A stretch of 64,000 nucleotides of DNA. Origin: Sphingomonas sp. (lineage in GTDB: Bacteria > Pseudomonadota > Alphaproteobacteria > Sphingomonadales > Sphingomonadaceae). The notes beneath the pieces are model-generated. The model had not been told where the DNA came from. It made no database searches and worked only from the letters and a program-made list of their open reading frames with translations. The position numbers and the translations under genes are program-made. Numbering within the stretch: the stretch's first letter is position 1; the number at the start of each line of letters is the position of its first letter. The stretch lies in the NCBI RefSeq assembly GCF_036387535.1, contig NZ_DASVTO010000072.1, forward strand, positions 219 to 64,218, read 5' to 3'. Below are positions 47,707-56,404 of this stretch, in pieces.

Positions 47707-50235
47707 TTAGACCCCGGCAGATCCGCGATACCATGCGATGACGGCCTGCCGATCGGTGGTCCCATTCGGCTCCATGAGTACCTGATCGGTGACCGTCGCG
47801 TATGAGCCGGTGGGCACAGGCCCGGCTGGGACGCTTGACGGCCCCTGCACGTAGAAGTCGGGCGTCACGCCAAACACCTGAATGTTCGGGTCTTTTGCGC
47901 GGAGGCGACCGATGCCGGTTTTTGCGTTCGCAATGAAGTTGGTGACGCCGTTGCGCCAATGCTGCAGGACCACCTGCCGGAACAGCCAGCGGTCGGTCTG
48001 GCCGACCAGAACGCCGAATTCCTCCCACGTCGACAGTGCGTCACGACCGTTGGTATTCGGTCCGAAGAACGCCCCCGGTCCCGCCCCGTAGCGGACGTTT
48101 CCGACCACTGGAACCGCACCGCCATTGGACGGGTCGGTGAGCAGATGGCGCAGCGGACCTTCGGACGAGCGTCCGTTCACGACCCGCCCATAATGTTCGA
48201 TGCTGTCTCCGGCCACGACCACCGATGGGCCAGAGCTGTCGTCGACCTGCGACCACATGCCGCACACCGGATAGGCCGAGATCGAGCCGACAGCAGCGGG
48301 GGAACCGGTGCCGGTATGGAATGCGACATCGCTGATCTTGGACGCGATCAGGCGGTTGCGGTGATTGAGGCGGCGACCGCCGATCGGAACCTGATCCCAG
48401 ACCCGGAGATGGAGATCGGCCGCCGGCAGCGCGCCGTGGCGGAATGCGAAAATGGCACCGGCCTCGAACACGAACGGGTTACCGGCCGCAATCGGCTGAC
48501 CATTGGCGGGGTGCAGCACCGGATAGACCGTGCTGGTCGCCGGATCGAGGATATCGACGCGGTGATAGGTATTCTGGCTGGTGCCGGTGGTCGACATCGC
48601 GTCACCATTGGTGCTGCCCGAGAAATAGCGATTACCGCCCAGCAACCAGCCGCCCGTGCAGGCGCGGGGATGGTTCAGAAGCGTGGTGCTTTGCGAGAAT
48701 TCGCGCTTCGTCCCGTTGGTTGCCGTGGCGCTGTCGGGGACCACCCCATAGGCGTCCAGCTCCATCGGCCAGTTGAGGCCGGTCGATGCAATCGCCATCC
48801 GCGCGGCAGCGGCGGTCACCACCACGCGAGCGGTTGCACCGGTAGCGCCGGCGGCGGCGACGGCATAGTCGGTCGTGCCGGCCGTCGACACGGTCAGGCC
48901 GATAACGCCCTTCCACCCGTTGGTCGCATCGCCGGCAACGACGACGCGGCCATCGGCCGGCGTGATCGTCGGGGTCACCCCGGCCGGAACGCCTGCGATG
49001 TTGAAGACCAGCGTCCCGGCCGGCGCGCCGGCGGTGAAGGCCAGCGGGCCGGTGATGACCAGCGTCGGCGTGACGGCCGGGGTCGCGATCGTCACGACAT
49101 GCGTGAACAGCGTGGCGTTGCCCGCCGCGTCGATGGCGCGCAGATTGGCGGTGAAGGTCGGCTTGCCGGCATTGTAGGCCTGCGCCGGCAGGGTCAACGT
49201 GGTCCCGGCGAGGCCGAACAGATCCGTGTCGGCGCCGGTCCGCTTCTCGAACGTCACCGCCTCATTGGCCGCAAGGGTGACGCTGTACGCCGTGGAGGCC
49301 GCGACCGTGGCGGTTGCAGCCGACGTGACCAGCGGCGCGATCTCGTCGAGATCCGTGACGTTCACCGTCACCGCGAAGTTGGTCGCATTGCCGGCGGCAT
49401 CGGTGGCGGTCAGGTTGCAGACGAAGGCGGTCTTGCCGCCTTCATAATCCTGCGCGGGCAGCGACAGGGTCGCGCCAGCGAGGGTGAACGATGCACTGTC
49501 GGCTCCCGTGCGCTTCGAGAAGGTCACCGCTTCGTCGGCGGTCAGCGTGATCGCCCAGCCGGTGTTTTCGACGACGGTGGCGGTCAGCGCGGAGGTAATG
49601 ACAGGCGGGCGCGTATCCACGACGGGCGCCGGGGCGGCGACCGTCACGACATGGGTGAACAGGGTGGCGTTGCCGGCGCCGTCGAGCGCGCGCAGGTTGA
49701 CGGTGAAGGTGACCTTGCCAGCATTATAGGTCTGCGCGGGCAGCGTCAGCGTGGTGCCGGCCAGCCCGAACAGGTCGCCATCCGCGCCGGTGCGCTTTTC
49801 GAAGGACACCGCCTCATTGGCGGTCAGCGTCACCGCATAGCCGGTCGCGGCTGCGATCGTCGCGGTCGGTGCCGACGTGATCAGCGGCGCAATTTCATCG
49901 ACGTCGGTCACGGTGACGGTCACCGCAAAGTTGGTGACGTTGCCGGCCGTGTCCATAGCCACGAGGTTGCAGACGAACGCGGTCTGCCCGCCCTCATAAT
50001 CCTGCGCCGGCAGCGACAGCGTCGCGCCCGCCAGCGTAAAGGCCGCGCTGTCTGCAGCGGTGCGCTTGACGAAGCTGACATTCTCGTTCGCCAGCAGCGT
50101 CATGCTCCACGCGGTGTTTTCGCGCGTGGTGGCGGTGAGCGGCGAGGTGATGATCGGCGCGACGCCGTCGATCGGTGCGACGATGGTGGCGCTGCCACCG
50201 ATTTCGATCACTTGGATCCCGTGCATATAGGCCAT
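47707..50235 (-). CDS. Cadherin-like repeat / SGNH-hydrolase virion protein candidate, interrupted by an in-frame TAA
   Basis: Sheath-like N-terminus MAYMHGIQVIE; four ~90-aa repeats (DYE, D.AGN, VTDxDE); VVVAGDS motif near 48205. Confidence 0.75.
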   Translation of the reverse strand: MAYMHGIQVIEIGGSATIVAPIDGVAPIITSPLTATTRENTAWSMTLLANENVSFVKRTAADSAAFTLAGATLSLPAQDYEGGQTAFVCNLVAMDTAGNVTNFAVTVTVTDVDEIAPLITSAPTATIAAATGYAVTLTANEAVSFEKRTGADGDLFGLAGTTLTLPAQTYNAGKVTFTVNLRALDGAGNATLFTHVVTVAAPAPVVDTRPPVITSALTATVVENTGWAITLTADEAVTFSKRTGADSASFTLAGATLSLPAQDYEGGKTAFVCNLTATDAAGNATNFAVTVNVTDLDEIAPLVTSAATATVAASTAYSVTLAANEAVTFEKRTGADTDLFGLAGTTLTLPAQAYNAGKPTFTANLRAIDAAGNATLFTHVVTIATPAVTPTLVITGPLAFTAGAPAGTLVFNIAGVPAGVTPTITPADGRVVVAGDATNGWKGVIGLTVSTAGTTDYAVAAAGATGATARVVVTAAAARMAIASTGLNWPMELDAYGVVPDSATATNGTKREFSQSTTLLNHPRACTGGWLLGGNRYFSGSTNGDAMSTTGTSQNTYHRVDILDPATSTVYPVLHPANGQPIAAGNPFVFEAGAIFAFRHGALPAADLHLRVWDQVPIGGRRLNHRNRLIASKISDVAFHTGTGSPAAVGSISAYPVCGMWSQVDDSSGPSVVVAGDSIEHYGRVVNGRSSEGPLRHLLTDPSNGGAVPVVGNVRYGAGPGAFFGPNTNGRDALSTWEEFGVLVGQTDRWLFRQVVLQHWRNGVTNFIANAKTGIGRLRAKDPNIQVFGVTPDFYVQGPSSVPAGPVPTGSYATVTDQVLMEPNGTTDRQAVIAWYRGSAGV
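49080..50163 (-). repeat. Four cadherin-like domains arranged A-B-A-B
   Basis: Repeats 1 and 3 share FTLAGATLSLPAQDYEGG.TAFVCNL; repeats 2 and 4 share DLFGLAGTTLTLPAQ.YNAGK.TFT.NLRA. Confidence 0.85.
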
Positions 50236-50239
50236 GGGT

Positions 50240-50785
50240 TCAGTCTTTCGCGGGAGAGAGGGTGACGCCGGCGCGGCCGAGCAGCGTTTCCAGCCGCGAC
50301 CAGGCGCCGAGCGCATCGAGCGCGGGGTTGAGCCAGTCGGTCAGGACGCAGTAGCGCCGGTCGGACGGGGGGCGATGGTGGCCGGCATGATGGGCGGGCG
50401 ACTGGAGGATGCCGATCTGCTGCAGCACGCGCGCCAGGCGCGGCGCGTGGGCGGGCGCATGCGTCCAGCCATGCACGGTCGACGATAGCGCCGCGCCGAT
50501 CGCCGCCGCCAGCAGCACGACGGACGGACCGAGCAGCAGCAGCCAGAGCGCGGCGCCGATCGCCGCCGTGATCCAGGTCGACAGGTTGCGGGTCAGCAGC
50601 GACCCGGCCAGGAAAGCCACCGGATCACGGTGATGGCGGCGATTCGGCGCGATCACGGTGCGGCCGAGCCACGGCCAGTCCTCGCGGCCGAGCCGATCCT
50701 CCCACCAGTGGACGATGCCGCCGAGCAGATCGGCGATGAGCCAGCCGACGAGCAGCTGACCGATGATCGCGAACAGGTCCATCAT
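50240..50785 (-). CDS. CarF/TMEM189/FAD4-family lipid desaturase
   Basis: ADLLGGIVHWWED, RRHHRDP, HGWTH, LQQIGILQSPAHHAGHH, YCVLTDWLNPALD. Confidence 0.85.
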   Translation of the reverse strand: MMDLFAIIGQLLVGWLIADLLGGIVHWWEDRLGREDWPWLGRTVIAPNRRHHRDPVAFLAGSLLTRNLSTWITAAIGAALWLLLLGPSVVLLAAAIGAALSSTVHGWTHAPAHAPRLARVLQQIGILQSPAHHAGHHRPPSDRRYCVLTDWLNPALDALGAWSRLETLLGRAGVTLSPAKD

Positions 50786-51105
50786 CTGGCCTCCGGACAG
50801 GAGGCGGGATCGTTCCAGTCGATCAGGCGGCCGAGCTGGCGGGCGAGCGCGGCATAGGCGGTGGCCAGCCGGATCGCTGCGAAGCGGACGGCCGGCGGCA
50901 TGGTCGCCTCCGCATCGCGCGGGAAACCCTCGGGTGCGACCGGGCAGGCGAGCAGCTCGGCCGGCGGGCGGGTCGGCGTGGCGACCGCGACCGCGCTCGG
51001 GGCGGCGGGCCTAGCGGGCTGCATCGCGCAGCCCGGCAGTGCGATTGAGAGCATCGAACCAATCGCGACCGACGCGATCGTCCGGACCGACCTTGGCATT
51101 GGCAT
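50782..51105 (-). CDS. o-spanin (Rz1-like lipoprotein)
   Basis: Lipobox ALPGC, Pro-rich, PPAELLACP; overlaps the i-spanin 3' end. Confidence 0.75.
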   Translation of the reverse strand: MPMPRSVRTIASVAIGSMLSIALPGCAMQPARPAAPSAVAVATPTRPPAELLACPVAPEGFPRDAEATMPPAVRFAAIRLATAYAALARQLGRLIDWNDPASCPEAR

Positions 51106-51523
51106 TCTCCATGATGGTGGCGGCGGCGCGCGCATCGCGGGCGGCGCGGGCGGCCGTGGCGACGTCGCGGGTGCGCTTGGCGTCCTGTTCGGCGATGGCG
51201 TCGGCGAGCAGCCGCGCCGTGGATATGGCGGCGTCGTGGCGGAAGGCGACGAGCGCGCGGATCTCGGCCTCGCAACGGGTGCCGCGCGGATAGACCAGCA
51301 CCGTGCCGACCGGCGTCGCCGGATCGACGGCGCTGGCGGCGAAGGGGACGGCGGTGGCCGCGCAGGTGCGATCCGCCCAGGCGATCAGGCCGTCGCGTTC
51401 GGCTCGGACATGTGCCCCCCAGGCGTAGAGCGTGGCAGCGGCGGCGGCGACCGCTAGCAGCAGCAGCCAGCGGCCTTGGCCGGCGACCAGGCCCCACGCC
51501 CATTTGGCGGTGGCGACGATCAC
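51011..51523 (-). CDS. i-spanin (Rz-like)
   Basis: N-terminal TM followed by an Ala-rich coiled coil; follows the endolysin. Confidence 0.7.
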   Translation of the reverse strand: MIVATAKWAWGLVAGQGRWLLLLAVAAAAATLYAWGAHVRAERDGLIAWADRTCAATAVPFAASAVDPATPVGTVLVYPRGTRCEAEIRALVAFRHDAAISTARLLADAIAEQDAKRTRDVATAARAARDARAAATIMENANAKVGPDDRVGRDWFDALNRTAGLRDAAR

Positions 51524-51996
51524 AGCGCCAGTTCCTTGACCAGGTCGGCGACCTCGAAGCACGGGCAGTTCTTCAGCCATTCGAACTTGTCGATGCGTCC
51601 GTTGGCGTTGACGTCGGGCGACCAGTCGCGATGGCCGAGGATCTTCGCCTTGGGGAACTGAACGCGCAGCGCCTGCAACAGCAGCGCCATGGACTCGCGC
51701 TGGGGGGCGGTCCGCGTGTCAGCGGCCGTCTTCGCATCCGCCTCGACACCGCCCACATAGCAAATGCCGATATTGCCGCTGTTCTTGCCACCGACGTGCG
51801 CGCCGCGCTGGTCGTGGCGCAGCGTCTGCACGACGTTGCCGTCCAGCTCGATCACATAATGATAGCTGGCCTGGCCGAACTTGGCGGTATCCCATTTAGA
51901 GATGGTCGCCGCCTTCACGTTGCGGCCGCGCGGGGTCGCGGCGCAGTGGATCGTGATGGCGGTGATGGCGTTCGGGTTCATCCATGCGACGGACAT
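51520..51996 (-). CDS. Endolysin, N-acetylmuramoyl-L-alanine amidase (T7 lysozyme-like)
   Basis: ITIHCAAT, SYHYVIELDG, GAHVGGKN, IGICYVGG, GHRD, KNCPCF. Confidence 0.92.
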   Translation of the reverse strand: MSVAWMNPNAITAITIHCAATPRGRNVKAATISKWDTAKFGQASYHYVIELDGNVVQTLRHDQRGAHVGGKNSGNIGICYVGGVEADAKTAADTRTAPQRESMALLLQALRVQFPKAKILGHRDWSPDVNANGRIDKFEWLKNCPCFEVADLVKELAL

Positions 51997-52340
51997 CAGG
52001 CGGCGTCCTTCTTCCGCGCGATCCAGTCGCGCACCACGGTGGGAAGGGAGGCGATCATGTCGATCAGCGCGGCGGCGAACTTTGGCGCAGCCTTGTAGGC
52101 GATCATGGCCAGCACGAAGCCGACCGCCTGACTGACGAACTGATCGAAATGGAACCACGATGTCAGGCCGAGCGTGACATAATAGGAGACCAGGATGCCG
52201 ACGACATAGGCGATCAGCCGGTCGCGCCAGTCCATGCCGCGCTCATAGAGCTGCGCCACCAGCGAGCCGAGCGCGGCCGGGGCGAGCGCCGAGCAGGCCG
52301 CCTTGGCGGCATCGGCGAGATCGAGGAAGGGGGTGGCCAT
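51996..52340 (-). CDS. Holin candidate
   Basis: Small multi-TM protein with basic C-terminus, between X and the endolysin. Confidence 0.75.
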   Translation of the reverse strand: MATPFLDLADAAKAACSALAPAALGSLVAQLYERGMDWRDRLIAYVVGILVSYYVTLGLTSWFHFDQFVSQAVGFVLAMIAYKAAPKFAAALIDMIASLPTVVRDWIARKKDAA

Positions 52341-52344
52341 GCGA

Positions 52345-52560
52345 TCAGTCCCAGAGATTGACGACGGCGCGGGTCGCGGTGGTCGGAGCGGAGAGCGGCA
52401 CGCGGATGGCGGTGCCGATCGGCAGCACCGCGCCCAGCCCGGCCACCCCGGCGTTCGCATCCAACAGCGCGGGGAGATCGGCCGGGCCGAGGCCGCGTTC
52501 GCGCCAGGCGAGTTCGTCGAGCGTGTCGCCCTGGCGCGCGTGGAGGATATCGTCGGCCAT
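52345..52560 (-). CDS. X: gpX tail protein (LysM-like)
   Basis: ARQGDTLDEL, ANAGVAGLGAVLPIGT, VNLWD. Confidence 0.9.
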   Translation of the reverse strand: MADDILHARQGDTLDELAWRERGLGPADLPALLDANAGVAGLGAVLPIGTAIRVPLSAPTTATRAVVNLWD

Positions 52561-53063
52561 CAGATCAGATCGACCGTGGTGCGGTCGCGGCCGAGCAGAT
52601 CGCGGATGGCGTGGCGGCCGTCGCGGCGGAGATCGTCGGGCGTCTGATCGAGCGCGTCGGCCTTGCGGTCGCCGGCGGCGGTGGTGTCGATGTCGCGGTA
52701 GCGCTCGACCAGCTCGGCCTTGGCGAAACAGGCGACGGCGCGGATGTAGAGGATGGTGTTGCGGCTCTGGCCGTCGAGACGCGGCGCGGGGATGGCGGCG
52801 AGCGTGGCGTGGCCTTCGGCTTGGCGCGCGGCCTGCCATTCGACCAGGTCGTTGCTGACGGTCAGCACCGCGCCGACCGCCGCCGATCGCAGCCGCTCCG
52901 GGGTGACGGACTCGCGCACGCGGATCTCGCGGCGCAGCCGTGCCAGGTCGATGTCCGGCAACCAGCCGTCATTGACGATCGGCGCGTCGATCATCGGAAC
53001 GGCGGGTGGAATGACGGACGTCCCGCAATCGTCCGATCCGCCGCTGTAGACGAACCCGCTCAT
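52560..53063 (-). CDS. L: gpL head completion protein
   Basis: NDGWLPDIDL, VTPERLR, ERYRDIDTT, RTTVDLI. Confidence 0.92.
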   Translation of the reverse strand: MSGFVYSGGSDDCGTSVIPPAVPMIDAPIVNDGWLPDIDLARLRREIRVRESVTPERLRSAAVGAVLTVSNDLVEWQAARQAEGHATLAAIPAPRLDGQSRNTILYIRAVACFAKAELVERYRDIDTTAAGDRKADALDQTPDDLRRDGRHAIRDLLGRDRTTVDLI

Positions 53064-53272
53064 GCGAGCATCAGCCGGGCGAAGCGGTCACCGGCCAGCA
53101 CGAACAGGCCGAGCCCGACCGTGATGTAGAAGATCATCGACAAGAGCAGGATCAGGCGGCGATCGGCGGGGATGTCCGGATGGTCCGCGCAGGCCAAGGC
53201 AGCGCTGGCGACGATCTGCACGGCGGCCAGCGCCATGAACAGCATCAGCAGGGCGGCGGCGACGAACGTCAT
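53060..53272 (-). CDS. Two-TM small protein inserted between M and L
   Basis: AAGGA RBS, ATGA-coupled to L. Confidence 0.6.
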   Translation of the reverse strand: MTFVAAALLMLFMALAAVQIVASAALACADHPDIPADRRLILLLSMIFYITVGLGLFVLAGDRFARLMLA

Positions 53273-53387
53273 GGTGCGATCCTTGGTAGTTACGGGGGTG
53301 GGGATCGGGACGTGCCGCGGCCCTCAAGCCCCGAAGGGCTCCTCCCGCGTCGTGCGATCCGTCCCCGAGCGCCGGGGGGCGAGCTGG

Positions 53388-54317
53388 TTAGGCGGCCGGT
53401 GGGCCGGATTGTTCGGTGTCGGCCGGGGGCGCCGGCGGCGTGACGTCGGTAGCGGGCGGGGCTTCGGGCGCGACCGGGGGCGCCAACAGCAGCTTCTCCA
53501 GCCGCTTGATATGGCCCTTTACGCCGCTGCGATCGTGGAGCGCCTGCGCGCGGCGAAGCGGCGCCAGCGCCCGTTCGGTGAGCCCACGATATTCGGGGCC
53601 GGCCGCGTCGAGATCGTCGGCTTGGCGGATCAGCTCGACGCCGATCGCCTTCATCAGCTTGGCGCGGATTTCGTCGTGCATGTCGGCATGCGCGGTGAGT
53701 GCGTCGACCTCTTCCAGGATCTCGAGCGAGAAGGGTTGGTCGGCCGCCTGCGCCTTCAAGGCTGCCTCCGCCATCTCCTCCGCGATCAGCGCCGGCGCCG
53801 ACCGATTGTAGCGCACGGGCAGCGGGATATCGTGGCGCAGAACATAGGCGGCGAGAGGGAGCGCGCCGGCATAGTCGCCGGCATCGATCCGCCAGATCAT
53901 GACGGTCGGCAGGATCTCTCCGCCGACCGCATGATCGGCATCTTCGGAGGCGGCCAGGATCCCGTCGACCCAGGCCGCATATTCCGGCAGCAGTTCGTCG
54001 CGCTTGATCTCCGCGCGGCGCTCGATCGAGGCGACGTCCTTCAGGCGGCGCAGATCGTGGCGCAGGCGAAGGCGCATCTGCGCCTCGACCCCGTTCGCCG
54101 GCGGGCGTGCCAGCGGATCGCCCTCGCTGGTTTCCGACAGGTCGACGGCCTCGCCCGCGGCGTGCAGCACCTGGTGCAGGCGCGCGGGCGAATGTCCGTC
54201 GATGATGACGACGGCCGTCATGTCCGGCTTCTCGGCCAGATCGACGCCGACCACGACCAAGTCGCCGCTTGCCGCCAGCGCGGCGAGGCGTTCACGATGG
54301 TGACGGGCTGGGCTCAT
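53388..54317 (-). CDS. M: gpM terminase small/endonuclease subunit
   Basis: SPARHH, DLRRLKDVASIERR, LPEYAAWVDG, MIWRIDAGD, DMHDEIRAKL, GVKGHIKRLE. Confidence 0.92.
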   Translation of the reverse strand: MSPARHHRERLAALAASGDLVVVGVDLAEKPDMTAVVIIDGHSPARLHQVLHAAGEAVDLSETSEGDPLARPPANGVEAQMRLRLRHDLRRLKDVASIERRAEIKRDELLPEYAAWVDGILAASEDADHAVGGEILPTVMIWRIDAGDYAGALPLAAYVLRHDIPLPVRYNRSAPALIAEEMAEAALKAQAADQPFSLEILEEVDALTAHADMHDEIRAKLMKAIGVELIRQADDLDAAGPEYRGLTERALAPLRRAQALHDRSGVKGHIKRLEKLLLAPPVAPEAPPATDVTPPAPPADTEQSGPPAA

Positions 54318-54363
54318 GGGATCGGTCCTGGAACGAGGGGGCGGGCTGGATCGGCGAAGCGGA

Positions 54364-55416
54364 CTAGAGCTTCGGCGACAGCTGGATGTTCTCGATCAGG
54401 CAGGCCTTGCCGTATTCCTCGACCATGAAGGCGTCGTTGATGCTTTCATAGTTCTCGATCTGGTCGAGCGCGGGCTCTTCCTTCACGTGGCGGCGCGCCG
54501 AACCCATCTGCCAATAATAGGACAGGTTCTTGAGGCTCGTGATCATGATGGCGTTGGCGGGGAAAAACGGCACCTGCATGGTCGGCTTTCCGCCCAGCTG
54601 GCGGCTCGACATGATGATGTCGCGCGCCACCTGTTCGGTCGCCTTGTCGCCTGCCGCTGAGATGATCTTGAAATACTTGTCCTGGACCAGGTCGCTGCCG
54701 ACGATCACGACCAGGTCGGTCGCGGTCCGAAACTGGTCGGCGAGCAGGTTGTGGATGGCGTCGAACACCAGCGCATCGAGGTTCACATAGTCGGCGTTGC
54801 CGGTGTCCGACACGTAGACCTTGAGATTGTCCTTGGTGCCGTGCGTCATGACGCGCGCGCCGGCATAGGTCCGCATCTTGTAGAGCCAGCCCCAGTTTAC
54901 GTCCTGGAGCAGCGGATAGGCGGTGCGGTCGGTCTGCACCGCGGCGTTCACGCCGTTGAACCCGATCGTGATAACGTCGGCCGCCTTCTGGATGATGACG
55001 GCGTCACGGCAGAGCTGTTGGAATTCCGGACGATGCACCCAGGCGTCGAGCAGGCCGTAGCTCCACGCGTAATCATAGTCGGTCTTCTTGCAGAAATACT
55101 GGTCGATCGCGTCGCTGCCGGTCGGATCGGTCGGCGTCCGGCGGTTGCCCGCGGCGCGGTTCGTGCGGCTGGCGAGCGAACGGTTGATGCCGACCCCGAC
55201 ACGCGCGCCCTGCTGGGCCGGCACCGGGATCACGTTGATCCGCGACATGAAGTCGCTGGTCAACGCCAGCTTGGCCTGCAACTTCTGTTCGATGACGGCC
55301 GAGACCGCGAACTGGCGGATCTCGCCGGGGACGGCCGTGAAGCTGAAGTCCAGCCCGTTCAGCTGGGCGACCTGCCCAATATACGCGTTGAAGAGGACGC
55401 GGGTGTTGTTCTGCAT
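54364..55416 (-). CDS. N: gpN major capsid protein
   Basis: MQNNTRVLFNAY, IGFNG, PLLQDVNWGW, DYVNLDALV, VPFFP, NLSYYWQ. Confidence 0.95.
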   Translation of the reverse strand: MQNNTRVLFNAYIGQVAQLNGLDFSFTAVPGEIRQFAVSAVIEQKLQAKLALTSDFMSRINVIPVPAQQGARVGVGINRSLASRTNRAAGNRRTPTDPTGSDAIDQYFCKKTDYDYAWSYGLLDAWVHRPEFQQLCRDAVIIQKAADVITIGFNGVNAAVQTDRTAYPLLQDVNWGWLYKMRTYAGARVMTHGTKDNLKVYVSDTGNADYVNLDALVFDAIHNLLADQFRTATDLVVIVGSDLVQDKYFKIISAAGDKATEQVARDIIMSSRQLGGKPTMQVPFFPANAIMITSLKNLSYYWQMGSARRHVKEEPALDQIENYESINDAFMVEEYGKACLIENIQLSPKL

Positions 55417-55475
55417 GGTGGGGTCCTATGGCTGGACGATAATCGGGGGCGGGGTCGGCGGGGGCGGCGGGCGGA

Positions 55476-56306
55476 TCAGCAGTCGGTCGCGTACTGCGCG
55501 TCGGCGGCCGCGCCGGTGGCCGGTTGGCGGCTGAAGCCAGGTAGCTCGGTCTTGTCGAGCTTGCCGGTCAGCACCGCGAAGTCGGCGGCAAGCTTCGTCA
55601 CCTGGGCGGTGATCGGGCCGGTCGCGGCGGCGACACCGGCGGACACGGCCTCGCTCATGGCGGTGTAGAGCGCGGCATTGTCGTTGGCGGGCGCGGGCGG
55701 GGTCACGACGGGTTCGGGCTTCGGTTCGGTCGGCTTGAACCCGAGCCGGGCGAAGGTGGCGGCGACCGCGGCGGATACGGTCGCCGCGAGACCGGCGGGC
55801 TCGATCTGCGCCGCCTCGAACTCGATCGCCACGGCTTCGTCCGCCAGGCCGAAGACGGTCCCGGGGCCGCTGCGCGAGAAGTTGAGTGGCTGGGTGGCGA
55901 TGCTGGCCGGCGTATCGGTGAACGCCAGGCCGACGACGCCGACCTTGCCGCAGCCGGCATAGCTGTCGGTCAGCTCGACCGACGGGAACGGCTTCTGGTC
56001 TTCCTTGGCGAGCTTCACCAGCTGCGCGTTGCCGTCGACCTGCATGTAGAGCGCGCGGCGCTTCTCGACCTTGCCGGCGATCGTGATGTCGTCGGTCTGC
56101 GCCTTGACCGCGGTAACGGTGCCATAACCGTTGAACGGGGGTTCGGGGCTGTAGCCGGCGATATGTTCGATGTTGATGCGCGGCGAATAGGTCTCCGCGT
56201 TGAAGGTCTCGACGATCTGGTCGATCATGTCCGCCGTGATCTTCCGGCCGTCGCTGATCGTATTGCCTTCGACAAAGGCGCGGAAGAATTTGCTCTTGGT
56301 GCCCAT
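55476..56306 (-). CDS. O: gpO capsid scaffolding/protease protein
   Basis: SKFFRAFVEGNTISDGRKI, RINIEH, GLAFTDTPAS, C-terminal TDC. Confidence 0.93.
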   Translation of the reverse strand: MGTKSKFFRAFVEGNTISDGRKITADMIDQIVETFNAETYSPRINIEHIAGYSPEPPFNGYGTVTAVKAQTDDITIAGKVEKRRALYMQVDGNAQLVKLAKEDQKPFPSVELTDSYAGCGKVGVVGLAFTDTPASIATQPLNFSRSGPGTVFGLADEAVAIEFEAAQIEPAGLAATVSAAVAATFARLGFKPTEPKPEPVVTPPAPANDNAALYTAMSEAVSAGVAAATGPITAQVTKLAADFAVLTGKLDKTELPGFSRQPATGAAADAQYATDC

Positions 56307-56404
56307 GGCGGCAGGATCCTCGGTCTCGGTTCGGCGGTTGATGCCCATCGGGCCTCTGACGCGCTGAAAAGGGACTGATCCCGGCCGCTTCTCAAGGCGG
56401 TGGT

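Noticed and set aside
49080-50163. Repeats as a possible CRISPR array or DGR template/variable pair
   Set aside because: In-frame protein domain duplications with mixed substitutions; no cas or reverse transcriptase gene
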